Source of the DNA: Eledone cirrhosa
Lineage: Eukaryota
Direction: 5' to 3'
NCBI GenBank assembly: GCA_964016885.1
Contig: OZ024741.1
Coordinates: 216,628,001 to 216,692,000, forward strand
DNA: 64,000 nt
Part shown: in pieces, positions 53,663-64,000 of the stretch
How the letters are laid out: every line of letters starts with the position of its first letter
How positions within the stretch are numbered: the first letter of the stretch is position 1
Position numbers and translations under genes: made by a program
The notes under the pieces: model-generated
Database searches by the model: none
Seen by the model: the letters and a program-made list of their open reading frames with translations, nothing else
What the model was told of the DNA's origin: nothing

Positions 53663-56238
53663 CTAATGGATGCGGTTTAAACTACCGGAACTTTTAGGTC
53701 TATAATAGAAGAAAGAATTAGAAATGGCATGCGGACAGGAAGAAAATATCTCAGATTGTCTATTAAGCAATATGCTCCTAGAGAAAATTATGGAATGGGT
53801 GTCTAGGATACAAAGATTACAGAATTTAGTGTGTTGATAGGTGATTAGAGTGTGCTACTATTCGCCAATTTAGGCTATATGGTATACCAGCCCCTTTTAA
53901 ATCCCAGATATGGTGTGCCAAAGAAGTAGAGTTCTTAAACTTGATATGCTTAAAATTAGAAATATGTGAATTAAACCTAGTTTTAAAAGTATTAGATGTG
54001 GAGCCTATATATGTGCTACAAGAAGAATTAGTCTTAACTTCACAAGCATAAACAATGTTCCTAGAGAGGCAGTGACCATTTAAAGGGCAGTGATTACTTA
54101 CTCTACAGTTACACTTCCGGGTACTAGTGCCTAGCTGATTACGCGATGCATTATTCCTAGGGTTATTATAAGATAAGATCTGCTCGGGCGGTAAGTTATC
54201 AATAGAGCTATCTAGATTAGCAGTACGCAAAGAGGAGTAGCTATCCCTAATTTTCCTATTGTTAGTGCTAGCTAGATGAGAATTAATGTTAGGGGTGGTA
54301 GAGAAGGAAAGTTTAATTACGTTTTTATTAAATATACCATGATATTTATTAGTAGGAGGGAAATTTTTCTCTAAGATAGAAAAGAAAGACCTAGGGATAT
54401 TAGTTAATACTTCATGGTCAAAAGGTGGGTTAAAGTAAGTATTGAGTCTTCTCCTATTCCTACCTTTACTATCTCTACCGTAATCTGGTATCCTATTAAT
54501 AGGATCAGGGTTAATATGAGGATCAGTTGAATTAACACTATTAGAAGCAGTTAAAACATTACCACTGGGCGAACGTTCAGAGCGCCTATCCTGCTCCCTA
54601 GAACTGATCTCGATATGCGTACCATTAGACTCACTAATCCGACTACTATTTCGGTAGTTAAACTTAGGGTTCGGTTTGGATATATCTATAATATTTCTAT
54701 GATTCCTATGCTTTCTACTCCCATTCAAGGCCATGTTATGGGATATTACGTTATTATGGGTAATCGGAGTCATTTCAAGGTTGTCCTCCTTATAATATAT
54801 TTTACCAGAGTAACCTGAGTTAGCTAGGGCGTTATTATAATACTCTGCATGTGAATTAAAGATTCCTATATCCTTAGAGAGTGTGGAGATTCTATTAGAT
54901 ACACCATTAATTATAGAACTAATCATAGATTTAGGGTGGTTGGAATTGGGATTAACGTAAGAGAGTGTCTCATTAGGCTTGTGGAAGGGTTTATAACTAT
55001 TAGTGGCCAAGTCTGTCACATCTAAAAAGTTGACTGCTCTATTATTCTTATCAATCGTGATCGAAAGGTTAAAATTTTTAAAAAATTTATAAAGTTTCTT
55101 CCTATTACGCTCAATATTATTAGTGCTAGAGTTTATCACAAATAATGCATCGTCACGATAAAGTCCCCCTTTAAGGTGCGGAAAGCTAACATACAGTTCG
55201 TTCAAGAGGAACAGCCCAACAAGGTTAGTTACATGGGCCGAATCACTCGAACCCATTGTAACGTCAAAGTTGTTGGGTATGTTTTTACGCGTCCAAAGAG
55301 TATCTTCGAATTTGATTATAGTCTCTACGGGCGGCTAGTATAACATCTATCTGGGGTCGCGTAAGACTAGACATTCTCATGGCCATAATTAAGGCCTTAT
55401 TAAGGAGGATAGGTGAAATCGACGTGTAATAGGCGTCTATATCAAACTGGATAAACCTACTAGACTCAAGTTTATTGATACCAGAGAACCAATCTATGAC
55501 ATCCCTAGTATTTCCCCATAGATTAAAATGAACCTTTTCCCTAACGGCAGGTATAATCAGGTCAAGGATTTTCTTACTAATTATAGCTATATCAGACTTA
55601 GAGGGACTGATAAGTCTAACAGAAGGATTACTTATAAAGTCTACCTTATGATCCTTAAATGTGAATCTCGGTTCCCTAGGGTAATATGGTTGGGTATACT
55701 TATCAAGACCCAGATCCGAAACTATCTTGAGGCCCTCATTATTGATTTGATCCAAATTATCCTGCGTTGTCTTTTTGTAATTTTTATGCAGCTCCTTATA
55801 AATAAAACTACGGTAAGTAATATAATCCATAGAGTAAAGATTCTTAGTTTTGTCAGCCGGGACAAGAATAGACTTATTCCCTTTAAAATCCTTAACAATA
55901 TTCCTAAGTTTAGACTGGAACCTATCAAATTTATTATAGTTCCCATATTTATTATGCGGCTTATATTTTATATTTTTGACATGGGAAAGTAAATCGTTCT
56001 CAAAATTATTTAATAGAACATTATGCGGTGGACTTTTATAAGTCTTGAAACCAAAGTTATTGAATGGAGTCTTATCCCGGGGGTTAGTCCTATTCCTGTT
56101 AATATCAAAGTGGAAAGCACGCCATCTAATCCTTTTTACGAAGGAGTTAACGCTAGCAATCAAGAGTTTTTCATAAGTATTCCTAGAGGGGATGGGAATA
56201 TTCTTCAGAGATAAAGGCAAGTAGCTCTTTGTTAGCAT
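53663..56238 (-). pseudogene. PLE reverse transcriptase-GIY-YIG endonuclease ORF with frameshifts
   Basis: SLKNIPIP N-terminus, QFDIDAYYTSI, MGSSDSA, LYRDD, NFLDVT, CNC..CPL..CL..NIVYACEV..YIGST, CNLC; frameshifts near 55300 and 53830. Confidence 0.92.
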
Positions 56239-56321
56239 ACTGTCAGATATATATAAAGGTCAAAATACCAGTATATAGGAAAAAGCTCAACCAATCGGGA
56301 GCCGTAATAAGAATTAAAATA

Positions 56322-60172
<3,851 letters not shown>

Positions 60173-60543
60173 TGTCGATAACCCTATTTACGCCACTGGA
60201 ATGAAGCTGGTAACATGTATGCATTTTTAAAAAATACGACACCTGCTGCTAATCATTCGCAGATTTGAATTTGCTGTGTAAATACAGATAGTTAGATCTT
60301 CTCCCTTGTTGAAAATTCGAGATTTGGTTACTGTGGTTTACCGATCGATTGATGGTGAAATATATTTCTTTAATGAAATATATACAAAGAAGATTAATCA
60401 ATTTATAAGGTATCTATTTTTGAAGCTCTAGTTAAACTTAGTTACCTACTTAGCTATGTGTGCTTACACACTTTTACAAATTATTCCCTGTGATTGATTC
60501 ATATGTTTATTTTAGATATATATATATGTCAATTAATTTCTGG

Positions 60544-60657
<114 letters not shown>

Positions 60658-61140
60658 TATATATATTATATATATATATATGTATGTATGTATATATGTA
60701 TGTATGCTTAATATATCGATGGAAGATTAATCAATTTATAACGTATCTATTTTTGAAGTTCTAGTTAAACTTAGTTACCTACTTAGCTATGTGTGCTTAA
60801 ACACTTTTGCAAATTATTCCCTGTGATTGTTTCATATGTTTATTTTAGATATATATATATATATATAATATATATAACGGAGGAAATGTGGTAAGGAGCC
60901 AGGTGGACCATAACGCATCAAAGTACTCAATACTTAGGGTAGTAGAGTGGGTAATAGGAACGAGTAGGACCCCGACGGCTGAGCTCCAGAATTAGCCGTC
61001 GAAACGGCTTGAGCTCAGCCGTCGGGGTCCTACTCGTTCCTATAATATATATATATATGTATGTATGTATATATGTATGTATATATGTATGTATGCTTAA
61101 CATATCGATGTATATATATATATATATATGCATATATGTA

Positions 61141-61250
<110 letters not shown>

Positions 61251-61255
61251 CTGCA

Positions 61256-62745
<1,490 letters not shown>

Positions 62746-62746
62746 G

Positions 62747-62791
<45 letters not shown>

Positions 62792-63065
62792 ACAAAGAAT
62801 AATGTTCTGGGAAGACAAACTCTTCCGTAATTTAGTAACTATTCATTGTTAAAGTTGAAAGAAAATATTAAATAATGGACGACTTCCGGTATTTTCAACA
62901 AACGACCGGAACTTTCTACTAGAGCACATCATTCTTTCGTATCTCAGCTTCCGGTTACTTCCTTAGTCTTTATATCACAACCAATATACACACACACTGT
63001 CGTATAAGCAGGCTCCCACACAGACGTGTACACATTAAAACATACATACTTACACACATACATAA

Positions 63066-63096
<31 letters not shown>

Positions 63097-63474
63097 CATA
63101 CATTGATACTACATTCATACAGATATACATACATACATAAGCACTTATATACATGCATACATATATACATACATATATACATACATATATAAATATATAC
63201 ATATATAAATACATACATATATAAATACATACATATATAAATACATACATAAGCACTTATATACTTATATACTTACATACATAAGCACTTATATACATAC
63301 ATAACATTACAGACTCTTCGTGCAAGGCTGTTGGTGTCCCCAGTTTGGGATGACATCAGGTAAGGTCAACAATGAGGTCACGAGAGAATCTGGGTATGCA
63401 TGTGGATGTGTTTAAAGTGTGACGACGTGGGTTTGTCAATGAGAGGTCAAAAAGCAGGATGAAACTACAACCGA

Positions 63475-63582
<108 letters not shown>

Positions 63583-63901
63583 ATGTGTGTGAGTGTGTAT
63601 GTGTATGTGTGTATATATGTATATATATATGTGTGTATGTGTGTGTGTCTGTGTGAGTGTCTTTGTGTGTGTGTGTATGTATGTATATATGTATATATAT
63701 ATATGTGTGTGTGTGTGTCAGTGTGTGTATGTATGAATATATGCATATATATATATACATATGTGTGTGTGTCAGCCGACTATGTTATTCTTCAATCTTT
63801 CACTATATATATATATATATATACATATATATACATATATATACATATATATACATATATATACATATATATACATGAGTGTCTTTGTGTGTGTGTGTAT
63901 G

Positions 63902-63950
<49 letters not shown>

Positions 63951-64000
63951 GTGTGTGTAAGACACATTACACTCACACACACACACATACACACACATAC

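Overview
AT-rich, microsatellite-saturated animal genomic DNA. The SINE families and (TA)n/(CA)n/(TACA)n load are most consistent with an octopus or other coleoid cephalopod (inference). Only one convincing host gene is present: a single-coding-exon class A GPCR (30418-31680, +). The rest is mobile DNA: ~30 copies of a tRNA-headed SINE, CORE-type SINEs, two RT-REL (R4/Dong-like) LINEs in (TACA)n, RTE remnants, non-autonomous Helitrons, an internally deleted mariner with ~100-bp TIRs, and at least five Penelope-like element (PLE) remnants, one nearly full length. The most striking hidden structure is about 25 type-I hammerhead ribozyme (HHR) motifs from more than a dozen unrelated sequence families. 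Most sit in tiny non-coding (TA)n-anchored elements, often as fold-back palindromes with ribozymes on both strands, and most are followed closely by AATAAA. Motifs were read by eye, so boundaries are approximate to a few bases and activity is untested.
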